From the NCBI GenBank assembly GCA_043803765.1, contig JAZDJQ010000014.1, positions 1,382-65,381 of the forward strand: 64,000 nucleotides of DNA, read 5' to 3'. Shown piece after piece: positions 10,495-18,847 of the stretch (position 1 is its first letter; every line of letters begins with the position of its first letter). The notes below the pieces were generated by a model. It was not told the origin of the DNA. It did no database searches and saw only the letters and a program-made list of their open reading frames with translations. The DNA comes from Candidatus Iainarchaeum sp. (GTDB taxonomy: Archaea > Iainarchaeota > Iainarchaeia > Iainarchaeales > VGJJ01). A program made the translations under genes and the position numbers.

Positions 10495-11775
10495 ATGGAA
10501 CGCGTTGCACTAGAGTTTGTGGTAAAGGACCAATTTGAAAATCTCCAAAAAAAGGAGCGAGGGTTGCCGCGTGAAACATTGGGTCGAATAACTCCGTTAA
10601 TGCGGCATAAAAGTGCGGTAGTTGTAACAGGAGTTCGTCGCTGCGGGAAATCAACCCTTTTGTTCCAGGTAATGGACCGGTTTTTCTCAAAGGGATTTTT
10701 TTACTTGAACTTTGCCGATGAACGATTGAACGATTTTGAAACAAGGGATTTTCAAGTATTGCATGAGATACTGATTAAGGAATTCGGGGACCAAAAAACA
10801 TTTTTTTTGGACGAACCTCAAGGGAAAAACGGCTGGAACCAATTTGTTAACCGGCTCTATGAAAACGGATACAAGTTCTTTATTACGGGATCAAATGCGG
10901 AGCTATTGAGCAAGGAAATTTCCACTTATTTGACCGGCAGGCACATGGATTTTCCGCTTTTTCCTTTTTCATTTAAGGAGATGTTATCCTTCAGGAATGC
11001 CGGGAAAACGATTAGGTCAACCCAAGACAAGGTACAAATTGAAAGCGCGTTTGAAAAATACATGGAAAAAGGCGGTTTTCCCGAGGTTTGGACGCAGGAA
11101 AACACCGATATTCTGGTTAAAGTATATGATGATATTATCAACAAGGATATTTTGGTTCGGCACCAAGTAAAAGACCAAAAGACATTCAAGGATTTGGCAC
11201 TCTTCCTCATATCCAATTGCGGGAAAGAATTTTCATATAACGCATTAAAAAAACAATTCAATCTTGGAAGCCCTAACACGGCCAAAACGTTTGTCGGATA
11301 TCTAACGGATGCGTTCCTGCTTATCGAGATAAATCAATTCGATTTTTCCTTAAAAAAGCAGGGCTTTTTGCCCAAAAAAATATACGGAATCGACACAGGA
11401 TTAGTCAATAAGATGGGGTTTCGCCTTTCTGACGACAACGGAAGGTTGTTGGAAAATATCGTTCTTCTCGAGCTGCTTAGACAGAACCAAAAAGTATTTT
11501 ATTGGAAAGATGACAAACAACGAGAGGTCGACTTCCTAATCATAGAAAAAAATAAGGTAAAGGAAGCTATCCAAGTTTCTTTTGAATTATCCGATGCTAA
11601 AACGAAAGATAGGGAAATAACCGGGCTAATCAGTGCGATGAAAAAATTCAATCTACAAACGGGAACGATTCTTACACGCCACACGGAAAAAAGCGAAAAG
11701 GCAGATAACAAAACCATCCATTTCATTCCGGTGTGGAAATGGCTAATCGAAAACGACCAATCCGCTGAACATTAA
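10495..11775 (+). CDS. COG1373-type AAA+ ATPase (DUF4143-like C-terminus), intact.
   Basis: Walker A GVRRCGKST; Walker B-like FFLDEPQ. Collinear with the pseudogene at 2178-3434. Confidence 0.75.
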   Translation: MERVALEFVVKDQFENLQKKERGLPRETLGRITPLMRHKSAVVVTGVRRCGKSTLLFQVMDRFFSKGFFYLNFADERLNDFETRDFQVLHEILIKEFGDQKTFFLDEPQGKNGWNQFVNRLYENGYKFFITGSNAELLSKEISTYLTGRHMDFPLFPFSFKEMLSFRNAGKTIRSTQDKVQIESAFEKYMEKGGFPEVWTQENTDILVKVYDDIINKDILVRHQVKDQKTFKDLALFLISNCGKEFSYNALKKQFNLGSPNTAKTFVGYLTDAFLLIEINQFDFSLKKQGFLPKKIYGIDTGLVNKMGFRLSDDNGRLLENIVLLELLRQNQKVFYWKDDKQREVDFLIIEKNKVKEAIQVSFELSDAKTKDREITGLISAMKKFNLQTGTILTRHTEKSEKADNKTIHFIPVWKWLIENDQSAEH

Positions 11776-11812
11776 TCAACTACAACAATGAATGTTGAAC
11801 TGGATGGGACAA

Positions 11813-11864
11813 TATGCCTCTGGAATCGACTTGAACTCCCTACCTCTTGGTTATGAATCCGGCG
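11813..11864 (-). repeat. Degenerate partial copy (pseudo-tRNA) of the 3' roughly 50 nt of tRNA-Met(CAU) on the same strand. Putative attL of the integrated element.
   Basis: Minus strand reads GCCGGATTCATAACC..GGGAGTTCAAGTC....CC.GAGGCA against the tRNA GCCGGATTCATAACCCGGAGGCCGGGAGTTCAAGTCTCCCCCGAGGCA, about 75% identical. The T-stem is no longer complementary. Confidence 0.55.
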
Positions 11865-11882
11865 TGATATTTGCCAGCCTCA

Positions 11883-12278
11883 TCACTTTGCTCCCATGTT
11901 GTTCCCAACGTGCGTGTTTTTCTTTCGGGTTAGACGCTTGAACTTTTTGTTCAATGCTTCGATATCCCTCAAAATCATGCGCTTTAGAACAGTCCATTCG
12001 TACACATTAAGCGTTTTCCCGGAGTATTTGTGGTAGTATTTCCGGGAAAGCGTTTCCGGCGCATCCTCCATCTGCATGAGCTTCCCTTTCCAGAAAACTA
12101 GGAGATATATGTTTCCATTGTGTAGTTCCATGGGCGCGCTCCACCCGCGATAGTGTTTTTCCTCGCAATAGGGAGAAAGATCATCCATCTTTTGGAGATC
12201 CTTTTTGGTCATAGAATTTAATCGCGCGCCAAAATCATTGTGTCTTAGAAAAATAGTTGTGGTTCCCATTCGTTTCAC
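11883..12278 (-). CDS. Hypothetical protein.
   Basis: ORF only. Confidence 0.3.
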   Translation of the reverse strand: MKRMGTTTIFLRHNDFGARLNSMTKKDLQKMDDLSPYCEEKHYRGWSAPMELHNGNIYLLVFWKGKLMQMEDAPETLSRKYYHKYSGKTLNVYEWTVLKRMILRDIEALNKKFKRLTRKKNTHVGNNMGAK

Positions 12279-12303
12279 CTCATTCTCTTTTTTTTTGAAT
12301 TTT

Positions 12304-13008
12304 TCATTGCACCTTTTTTATTTTTTCGACAAGCTCCTTTTTCTTTTTGGTCCATTCGTTGTAGTTTATTCCAAGATAGCGTTTGGAATCAATGGGGTTG
12401 AATTGGGTTATTTCCGTTAGTAGCTCGCGCGGGTAATTCTTTTTCCGGTATTTTTCAAGCAGCTCCTGATATTTTTTTAGGTCAATAGGGGCATATACCA
12501 GTAATGTCAAAATATCAATCGTATCTTTTTGCCCCTTGATAGATTCCCTTCGGTCTATTTCCGCTCCCTGTTTTAGGATTAACAACATTTCGCTGCGAAT
12601 GGTTTTTATCCCTTCGATTTGGATTGTTTCTTTCAAGAGGTCTTCGATGGGGATGGCCAGAGTCGAATAATATGGAGTATAAATGTCGATATCGAATTCC
12701 GATAGTTTTATTTCATATTTTTTTAGTCGATCGTTTTTTTCCAACGAGTATTTTTTCTTTAGAATGGAAAGCGTTTCAAAGTCAACAAGGATGTCGATGT
12801 CTTTACTCTTGTGTTGTTTTGTCCATAACCATACACTCCACCCACCAATAACAGTCAGATTTATCTCCTTGGAAAGCTCCTGTAGCTTCTTCCAACTTTT
12901 TTCCGTCAGGCTTTCGTGCCAGAATTCAGTGGTTCGCATTATTCCAACCCCATTCGGCGCCGCAATGCCTGAATAAATTCCTTGGCATACCATTCTTTCA
13001 GATTCCAC
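12304..13008 (-). CDS. Nucleotidyltransferase-fold protein (minimal pol-beta-like NTase motif).
   Basis: VIGGWSVWLWTKQHKSKDIDILV fits hG[GS]-x13-DxD. A further acidic motif EFDIDIY follows. Confidence 0.4.
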   Translation of the reverse strand: MESERMVCQGIYSGIAAPNGVGIMRTTEFWHESLTEKSWKKLQELSKEINLTVIGGWSVWLWTKQHKSKDIDILVDFETLSILKKKYSLEKNDRLKKYEIKLSEFDIDIYTPYYSTLAIPIEDLLKETIQIEGIKTIRSEMLLILKQGAEIDRRESIKGQKDTIDILTLLVYAPIDLKKYQELLEKYRKKNYPRELLTEITQFNPIDSKRYLGINYNEWTKKKKELVEKIKKVQ

Positions 13009-13502
13009 AAATCCACAAACAATAGCTCATTAGACACAATTTTAATGGATTCGAGAATAGGAGGTGTTGCCAGAACAATAAGATTGGTCGGTCCATCATG
13101 AGGCGGAAATCTTTTTTTGATTTCAGAAAGGGTCTCCACATCGGCATACACGTATATTTCACTATAATCAGCCGGCACATCATCGAATCGAAATTTATAT
13201 CCACTAAAAGCAGTGAAAACAGCTTTCGCCGGCATCATTTTTTCGATATTGCGGACGCTGCCAGTGTGGGTTCGATAAATGATATCCCTGTCCAGATTCC
13301 GCATGTTTGCCCAATAGATGAGAGCCTTTTCCCGGTCTATTATGCGAAAACCGAATTTCCTTTTTTCGATAGCTCCCAACCGAGCAAGGGGACCCAACGC
13401 ATGATTCACCGTACTTAATGAAATTCCCCATTTTTGGGCTATTTCCAATTGGGTTTTAGCTCCCTGAAATAGAGAATAGAACACCCATTCGGATTTCTTC
13501 AT
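12939..13502 (-). CDS. Winged-helix DNA-binding protein, overlapping or partnering the NTase gene.
   Basis: N-terminal wHTH (TQLEIAQKWGISLSTVNHALGPLARLGAIEKRK). 70-nt overlap with the downstream NTase ORF. Confidence 0.4.
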   Translation of the reverse strand: MKKSEWVFYSLFQGAKTQLEIAQKWGISLSTVNHALGPLARLGAIEKRKFGFRIIDREKALIYWANMRNLDRDIIYRTHTGSVRNIEKMMPAKAVFTAFSGYKFRFDDVPADYSEIYVYADVETLSEIKKRFPPHDGPTNLIVLATPPILESIKIVSNELLFVDLWNLKEWYAKEFIQALRRRMGLE

Positions 13503-13933
13503 AGTAATAATATCCCATAAGTGTTTATATTGCTTTCGAATATCGTCGAAATAACTCCACTATACACAATGGGGATAGGACCCCAATTAAGCAGCCGGTT
13601 GGTAGCCGTACTTGTCCATGTGTAGGTGTCGAGCATAGGACACCATAATTTGGATAGGACCAACTCGATGGATTTCTTTTTTCGGGAGTCGGTTTCATTA
13701 TCATGCAAATCTTGGAGGACAATATACAAATCCACGTACATGGAACCATCAAAACGACGACCCATCGGTCGCAGGTTTCCAAAAGTGTTTACCGCGGCAA
13801 ACCTCACTTTTCCGCTTTTGTCTACAATATTTTTGAAGAAAACATCCATGACTTCTCCGATTTTCTCGTCAAAAATGGCTGAAATGGAAATAAAGAAATA
13901 CGCGGATGAAAAATACGCAGCGGAGGGTAACAC
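13499..13933 (-). CDS. Hypothetical protein.
   Basis: ORF only. Confidence 0.25.
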   Translation of the reverse strand: MLPSAAYFSSAYFFISISAIFDEKIGEVMDVFFKNIVDKSGKVRFAAVNTFGNLRPMGRRFDGSMYVDLYIVLQDLHDNETDSRKKKSIELVLSKLWCPMLDTYTWTSTATNRLLNWGPIPIVYSGVISTIFESNINTYGILLL

Positions 13934-13960
13934 TTTATTCTAGGGTGATAGAATCCGGCG

Positions 13961-14390
13961 CTATGGCAGACTCTCGATTATTTCTTTTGTGGAATAGATT
14001 TTGATTTTTTCTTGCGTTCCCAAAAGTTTATCGTTTGTCCAAATGGGAGACTTTTCTTTTAAAGCGAGGGCTAGAAAATCAATGTCTTCCGACAGTTCCT
14101 TATGATGGGTTTTTTCGGTCGATTCGATTAAATTTTTCGCTGTTTTCAAAAAAGAAGAATATTCTTCCAGTGGAATGAACTCCACACACGGCCAAATCAA
14201 ATCGTGCTTTTTCAAACTCTTCAATGGTTATTTCCGTTTTGTGCAATATCTCTTTTTGATGATTGTTTATCTCCTCTAACGCATACTCAGGAGAAACGAA
14301 TTCAAAGTCCTGACTGGTTGACAGTGACTTGAAAACAGAATTAGACCAAAAACAGGTAATCAGAATATTGGTATCGACCACGAGCTTCAT
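13961..14390 (-). pseudogene. PIN-domain (VapC-like) toxin gene split by a frameshift.
   Basis: N-terminal MKLVVDTNILI (ORF 14100-14390). The C-terminal PIN motif DIDFLALALKEKSPIWTNDKLL lies in the overlapping ORF 13961-14224. Homopolymer runs occur in the overlap. Confidence 0.6.
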
Positions 14391-14432
14391 TCATATCAAG
14401 CCCTTTGCCTTCAAGGAATCTAATCGGCCCTT

Positions 14433-14597
14433 TCAGTCCATTCGTACCAATTTGACAGACCAGCCCGAAATCGCTTCTTCTTCATTCAGTTTTCCAATCA
14501 ACTGTTTCTTCCGCTCAAAAGAAAGAATAGTCAAAACCTTTTCTTCAATATCTGACAGTTTGGCTTGAATCTGCTTGAGAGTAACCGCTTCGCTCAT
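14433..14597 (-). CDS. Putative antitoxin (54 aa) immediately upstream of the PIN gene. Below the ORF-track cutoff.
   Basis: My own translation of the minus strand gives MSEAVTLKQIQAKLSDIEEKVLTILSFERKKQLIGKLNEEEAISGWSVKLVRMD. It ends 40 nt before the PIN start. Confidence 0.35.
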   Translation of the reverse strand: MSEAVTLKQIQAKLSDIEEKVLTILSFERKKQLIGKLNEEEAISGWSVKLVRMD

Positions 14598-14671
14598 ACA
14601 ACAAAATCATTCCTTAGACTATAAAAACACGCTTTAACCAAAACACCAAAATGCACTTTATTCCTGGACAA

Positions 14672-14722
14672 TATGCCTCGGGGGAGGGTGGAAGATAGCG
14701 GTAAACTGCCATTTGTAAGGAA
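14672..14722. repeat. tRNA-Met 3'-end core (atgcctcgggggag) plus a conserved extension. Paralog of 5853-5905.
   Basis: Exact 14-nt core, then roughly 45 nt that is about 85% identical to the 5.9-kb copy. Confidence 0.6.
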
Positions 14723-14822
14723 CAATACCGAACAGTATGTAGGAGTAAATAAAGGTTTCCGAGCCTGCGAGGGGGACATCACCATTTTGGAAAGCAAATC
14801 GATAGTTATTTTTTCAGATTGA

Positions 14823-15221
14823 TCATATTTTCTTTTTTGCTCCAACTTGCATCAACCGCTTTTGAATGTCCGTAAAAAGATTGTCTATTTTTTCGATTTC
14901 TTTGGCATCAAATGTGTATCCTACACCTTTGTAAACAAAAATTTGTGGATTTGTCCCAATAACAGGATTGCCGTGCTTTGTGATATTTGCCACATGGTTT
15001 AAGGAGCCAAGATCTTTATCCAATTGGACTAAATCGACTTCAGTTCCGATCTTTTCGGCCAATTTTAAAAATCGTTTAAAACGATTTAGTGTTGAACCAG
15101 TTTGTGATACCTGATGTTGATGTAAAACACTATTGATAATTATTTCCGAGCTGTTGATCATCGTGGTCACACGGCCAATAAACTGTTGTGCATCAAATAT
15201 TTGACGCTCAAATTCTTCCAT
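14823..15221 (-). CDS. Hypothetical protein.
   Basis: ORF only. Confidence 0.3.
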   Translation of the reverse strand: MEEFERQIFDAQQFIGRVTTMINSSEIIINSVLHQHQVSQTGSTLNRFKRFLKLAEKIGTEVDLVQLDKDLGSLNHVANITKHGNPVIGTNPQIFVYKGVGYTFDAKEIEKIDNLFTDIQKRLMQVGAKKKI

Positions 15222-15232
15222 TCAAACACCGC

Positions 15233-16525
15233 CTATCGCGAATCAGGATTTTCACGCAGATTAATTATCCAGTAAAACCCTGCTCCAATTATTAAAAATA
15301 AAAATAAAATCTGAAGATAGCCCCAGTCACTTGTTTGATCCCAATAAGAGTTGTAAAACACGGTTCCTTTGAAGGCCTTATCCTTGGCTGATGCATAATG
15401 TCCTGCTTTGTATTCAGATTCGCTTCCACTATTGTATAAAACGTAGCCGAGCCAGCTAACTATTTTCAGAGGATTTCCTTTGGACATGTTCTTTTCACGC
15501 AAATCGTTTTCTAAACGCATTTGGGTGTCGGCTGGTCGTTGCAAATCAGCCAAGGCCGAACGATACTTGTCATTTGCCAATTTGCTTTCCGATATTACAT
15601 TTTGAGTGGCGAGTACACTCGGCTCTATGTCCTTTTTGAAATTGTAACCGATGCAATACTGTTCACTGGTTCCAAGATTCCCAATCGCCTCTACCGGCTC
15701 GGAAAAATCAATCTCATCTGATTGAGTTAAAATCCAGAGCGCGAAGTTCGTTTGATCGATGCGTGAGACTGTTTCGCTCGAGTAGTTTCGATTTTTCGCG
15801 TCGTAAAACGGTTGCCGGATTTCATTTGACAGGTTGAACATCGACAAGTCAACCTTGTCCGTGAGGGTACATGAAAGATCGCGTGTTAGCTGTAGGAAAA
15901 TGAAATATTCTGATCCTTGAATGGCCACTACCTTTTTTGAAAAGCGAATCCATTCTCTGCCGGCACGCTCGACAATTTCCCATCCATTTTGTTGCGCCTT
16001 TTCAGCAAATACATCAAAAACTTCTTCGGGAACGGTGGCTGAAATATTCCAAACGTTCGAGTCCACGAAGCTTACGATTTTTCCCGTAAAATTACAAATG
16101 TCGTTGGCCCCAGAAGCCCATTTCTTACACTGAATAGTGTTATCATATGTGGAAAAGGGGAGCTGGTAAATGCTGTTGTAATGGTAGATTGCTTCGAAAA
16201 CCGTTTGCGACTCATTTTCGTTCGTCACGAAACGACATTGGCCACTTTCATTTTTTACGAGGGCTGTCCAATTGGAATCGAACGTCAAGAGGAAGTAACT
16301 TTTTTCATCAAATTCGAGATTCTGGTATTTGAAATCGGGGTTAAACGACCCGTATTCGGGGGCAAAATGATTTGCGTCACAGTATTGAATGTACGCGTAG
16401 TTCGTTTTCGGCTCAATGATATTTCTATCGCCAAGTCCCTTAGCGGCAAACATGAAAAGCCAGCTCCCAACAACCACTACAAGGATGATTGCCACGACCC
16501 ATGCATCCACTTTAGAACCAGACAT
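15233..16525 (-). CDS. Membrane-anchored extracellular protein (TM helices at both ends).
   Basis: N-terminal AWVVAIILVVVVGSWLFMF; C-terminal ILFLFLIIGAGFYWIINL. Confidence 0.4.
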   Translation of the reverse strand: MSGSKVDAWVVAIILVVVVGSWLFMFAAKGLGDRNIIEPKTNYAYIQYCDANHFAPEYGSFNPDFKYQNLEFDEKSYFLLTFDSNWTALVKNESGQCRFVTNENESQTVFEAIYHYNSIYQLPFSTYDNTIQCKKWASGANDICNFTGKIVSFVDSNVWNISATVPEEVFDVFAEKAQQNGWEIVERAGREWIRFSKKVVAIQGSEYFIFLQLTRDLSCTLTDKVDLSMFNLSNEIRQPFYDAKNRNYSSETVSRIDQTNFALWILTQSDEIDFSEPVEAIGNLGTSEQYCIGYNFKKDIEPSVLATQNVISESKLANDKYRSALADLQRPADTQMRLENDLREKNMSKGNPLKIVSWLGYVLYNSGSESEYKAGHYASAKDKAFKGTVFYNSYWDQTSDWGYLQILFLFLIIGAGFYWIINLRENPDSR

Positions 16526-16580
16526 TAAATAGCAAAATATTGATTAACACCTTTTCAACCTTTCGGAGTTTATCATTAGA

Positions 16581-17276
16581 ATGGACCCCCAAATCAAAGA
16601 TGTTCTCACGCTTCTCGACGAAGCGGCCCATAAACGATGGTCGATTCGAGAAGAGCAGTTCAAGATGTATAAAATTGATACAACCGCAGTCGCCCAAGCC
16701 CAACAAATGGGTTTTATTCATTGGACCGGCGCAAACTATATTCTCACCGCAACAGGTCACGAAAAATTGTTACAATACGAGTCAGTCGATTCTCTACGAG
16801 AGATCCGAAAACACCTCCGAGTGGATAAAAAAGGCGTCATTTTTGATAGCAACGCGTACGATAAAATTCTAGAAGGAGCTTTGACAAAGAGTGATATCGA
16901 ATTGAGCCGACACAAAGGATTCGATTATTATATCACACACATCCAGGCAGACGAGGTTGTGCGTTGCCCGGAAGTCGACAGACGCCAGCGATTAACCCTT
17001 GCAATGCTCACGCTAAAGCCAATTGTTATCCCTACCGATTCAACGGTAGCAGGAGTATCACGGGTGGGATTTTCACGGTTAAGTGATGGACAAGACATGG
17101 AAAGCATTCGTAATGGCAGTCAAAGGCATACGAATGACGCATTGATAGGAGAAACTGCAATAAAAAATAAATTAATTCTTGTAACAGAGGACGATAGGCT
17201 TCGAACCAAAGTAAAAGATGCGAAGGGTATCGCAATGACTATCGCTGAATTCAAAAATGAAATCGAAAAAGAATAA
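16581..17276 (+). CDS. PIN-domain protein with an N-terminal extension of about 80 aa.
   Basis: GVIFDSNAY (first Asp motif) and the C-terminal DALIGETAIKNKLILVTEDD (PIN C-terminal motifs). Confidence 0.55.
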   Translation: MDPQIKDVLTLLDEAAHKRWSIREEQFKMYKIDTTAVAQAQQMGFIHWTGANYILTATGHEKLLQYESVDSLREIRKHLRVDKKGVIFDSNAYDKILEGALTKSDIELSRHKGFDYYITHIQADEVVRCPEVDRRQRLTLAMLTLKPIVIPTDSTVAGVSRVGFSRLSDGQDMESIRNGSQRHTNDALIGETAIKNKLILVTEDDRLRTKVKDAKGIAMTIAEFKNEIEKE

Positions 17277-17809
17277 TGAGAGTTATATTCATGAATTTTC
17301 AACCTTCAAACCAGCACCAAAAGTTTTTCGTCGAACATATATTGGCGGCTGGCAAAAAGTATACGAAACCAAAACCAATGGCCACATTACGTCGAACAGA
17401 CTTTGGAAAGGATGGATTTCTGGATTGCTATAATTCCTTTAACCAATATCTAAGGTGGCACTACTCTGGAACAGATAGGGACATGATAAATAGTTTTGTA
17501 CAAAATTTTGGTGCTACCTACCAAACTACTTATGATGGAGGATATCCAGAAAAGTTATATCGGGATTTAACATTCCTACAGAAAAAACAGGTTCCAAATC
17601 TAAGTCAACCAGGAAAATCAATTATCGGGATAAACGATCCGAAAGACTTGTCCCAAGTTATTGATTATTTGTATGTTATCCGATGTAATTTTAATCATGG
17701 ATCATTTTCAGTTCATGACGAACTTTACCAATCTATTGCGATACCTTCTTTTGAGGTTTTTTACTTAATTCTGTTCAAGATTCTTCGCCACGAAATACCA
17801 AATCAGTAA
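17276..17809 (+). CDS. Hypothetical protein.
   Basis: ORF only; its start overlaps the stop of the PIN gene. Confidence 0.3.
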   Translation: MRVIFMNFQPSNQHQKFFVEHILAAGKKYTKPKPMATLRRTDFGKDGFLDCYNSFNQYLRWHYSGTDRDMINSFVQNFGATYQTTYDGGYPEKLYRDLTFLQKKQVPNLSQPGKSIIGINDPKDLSQVIDYLYVIRCNFNHGSFSVHDELYQSIAIPSFEVFYLILFKILRHEIPNQ

Positions 17810-17827
17810 TCATTCTATCTCTAAAAA

Positions 17828-18337
17828 TCACTCAAAATGTATTGTTCCGTTTTCGGCTATTCGTGCGATTTGCCAGTCGTATTTCTTTTCTTTGACTACT
17901 TGGTTTAGTTGTTCTCGTTGTGCGTTAAGCGGGGAGTTTTTCAGGTTTTTTGATAGGAGTAAAATTTCGTCTACTGTTCCATTTTTTGTCATGCCGTCGA
18001 AGACCACGAAGTCGATTGGATTCAATATAGGTTTCATGTCGTAGGGGTTTATTTTCAGTTCTTTAAGGATGGGCGAGATCGCTTTTCTTATTACTTTTTC
18101 TGCGCCTAATTGCCCTTTTTCGATTTGAATTTTTCGAATGTTGGCTTCTTTTTCCTCAAACGATTCGACATTCTGTTCCAATACATTCATCTGTTTCTCG
18201 TAGTCGTCCAGCCATGTTTTTGGTGTTGGGGTTTTGGTGAATATCCGAAGGTCGGATACCCTGACTATTTCGTCACAGCACGGACAAAGGCAGAGTATTT
18301 TTCTAAATTCTTGGTACTCTTCTCCGAATCCTTTCAT
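17828..18337 (-). CDS. Zinc-ribbon plus Hjc-like (PD-(D/E)xK-fold) domain protein, paralog A. The catalytic ExK is apparently degenerate.
   Basis: LCLCPCCDEI Cys cluster; GAEKVIRKAISPILKELK...PIDFVVFDG...VDEILLLSKN. The start is taken at MKGFGEE (ATG 18335-18337), overlapping the upstream paralog's TGA as ATGA. Confidence 0.45.
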   Translation of the reverse strand: MKGFGEEYQEFRKILCLCPCCDEIVRVSDLRIFTKTPTPKTWLDDYEKQMNVLEQNVESFEEKEANIRKIQIEKGQLGAEKVIRKAISPILKELKINPYDMKPILNPIDFVVFDGMTKNGTVDEILLLSKNLKNSPLNAQREQLNQVVKEKKYDWQIARIAENGTIHFE

Positions 18338-18831
18338 TTTACCACCTTGAAGGATACTTTTTTGTCGTTTACTGCGTCTTTGACGGCTTTTTGGTGGGAG
18401 TTCAATCGTGCATTTCCTGTTTTTACTTCGATGAAACTCATGGATTCTATTTTGTTGTTGCAACAACCGTTGAAGGTGATCATGTCAATGGGTTCGCCTA
18501 AAAACCGACAATCGGGCAACGCCCATTTGAAATCTTTTAAGATCGGAAAGAATACTTCCATTTCTTGCCCGAAGCCAACCGCTCTTGCCGTGATCTCTAT
18601 TTTTTTAGTGTCTTCCAATGATTTACTCCTTTTCTCGAAATCTTTCTTTTGTTGCTCAAAATCTTTAAGCAAACGTGCCCGCACAGCTAAGGCTTCGGGA
18701 GGAAAAGACTTCGTTCCATCAAATAAGAATGCTTCACCCAGCTTGAAACTTTCATTACATGAAGGACATTCCGCGTAAAGCTTCGAATCCTTCAACTCAA
18801 GAATCGTTTCTTTGGTGTCTTTACCATCCAT
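18334..18831 (-). CDS. Zinc-ribbon plus Hjc-like PD-(D/E)xK nuclease domain protein, paralog B. The catalytic motifs are intact.
   Basis: ECPSCNESF; GQEMEVFFPILKDFKW...PIDMITFNG...IEVKTGNARL (E..., PD, ExK). The start is taken at MDGKDTK (18831) to avoid overlapping the upstream gene. Confidence 0.45.
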   Translation of the reverse strand: MDGKDTKETILELKDSKLYAECPSCNESFKLGEAFLFDGTKSFPPEALAVRARLLKDFEQQKKDFEKRSKSLEDTKKIEITARAVGFGQEMEVFFPILKDFKWALPDCRFLGEPIDMITFNGCCNNKIESMSFIEVKTGNARLNSHQKAVKDAVNDKKVSFKVVK

Positions 18832-18847
18832 ATTTTCGCTCCATCGA

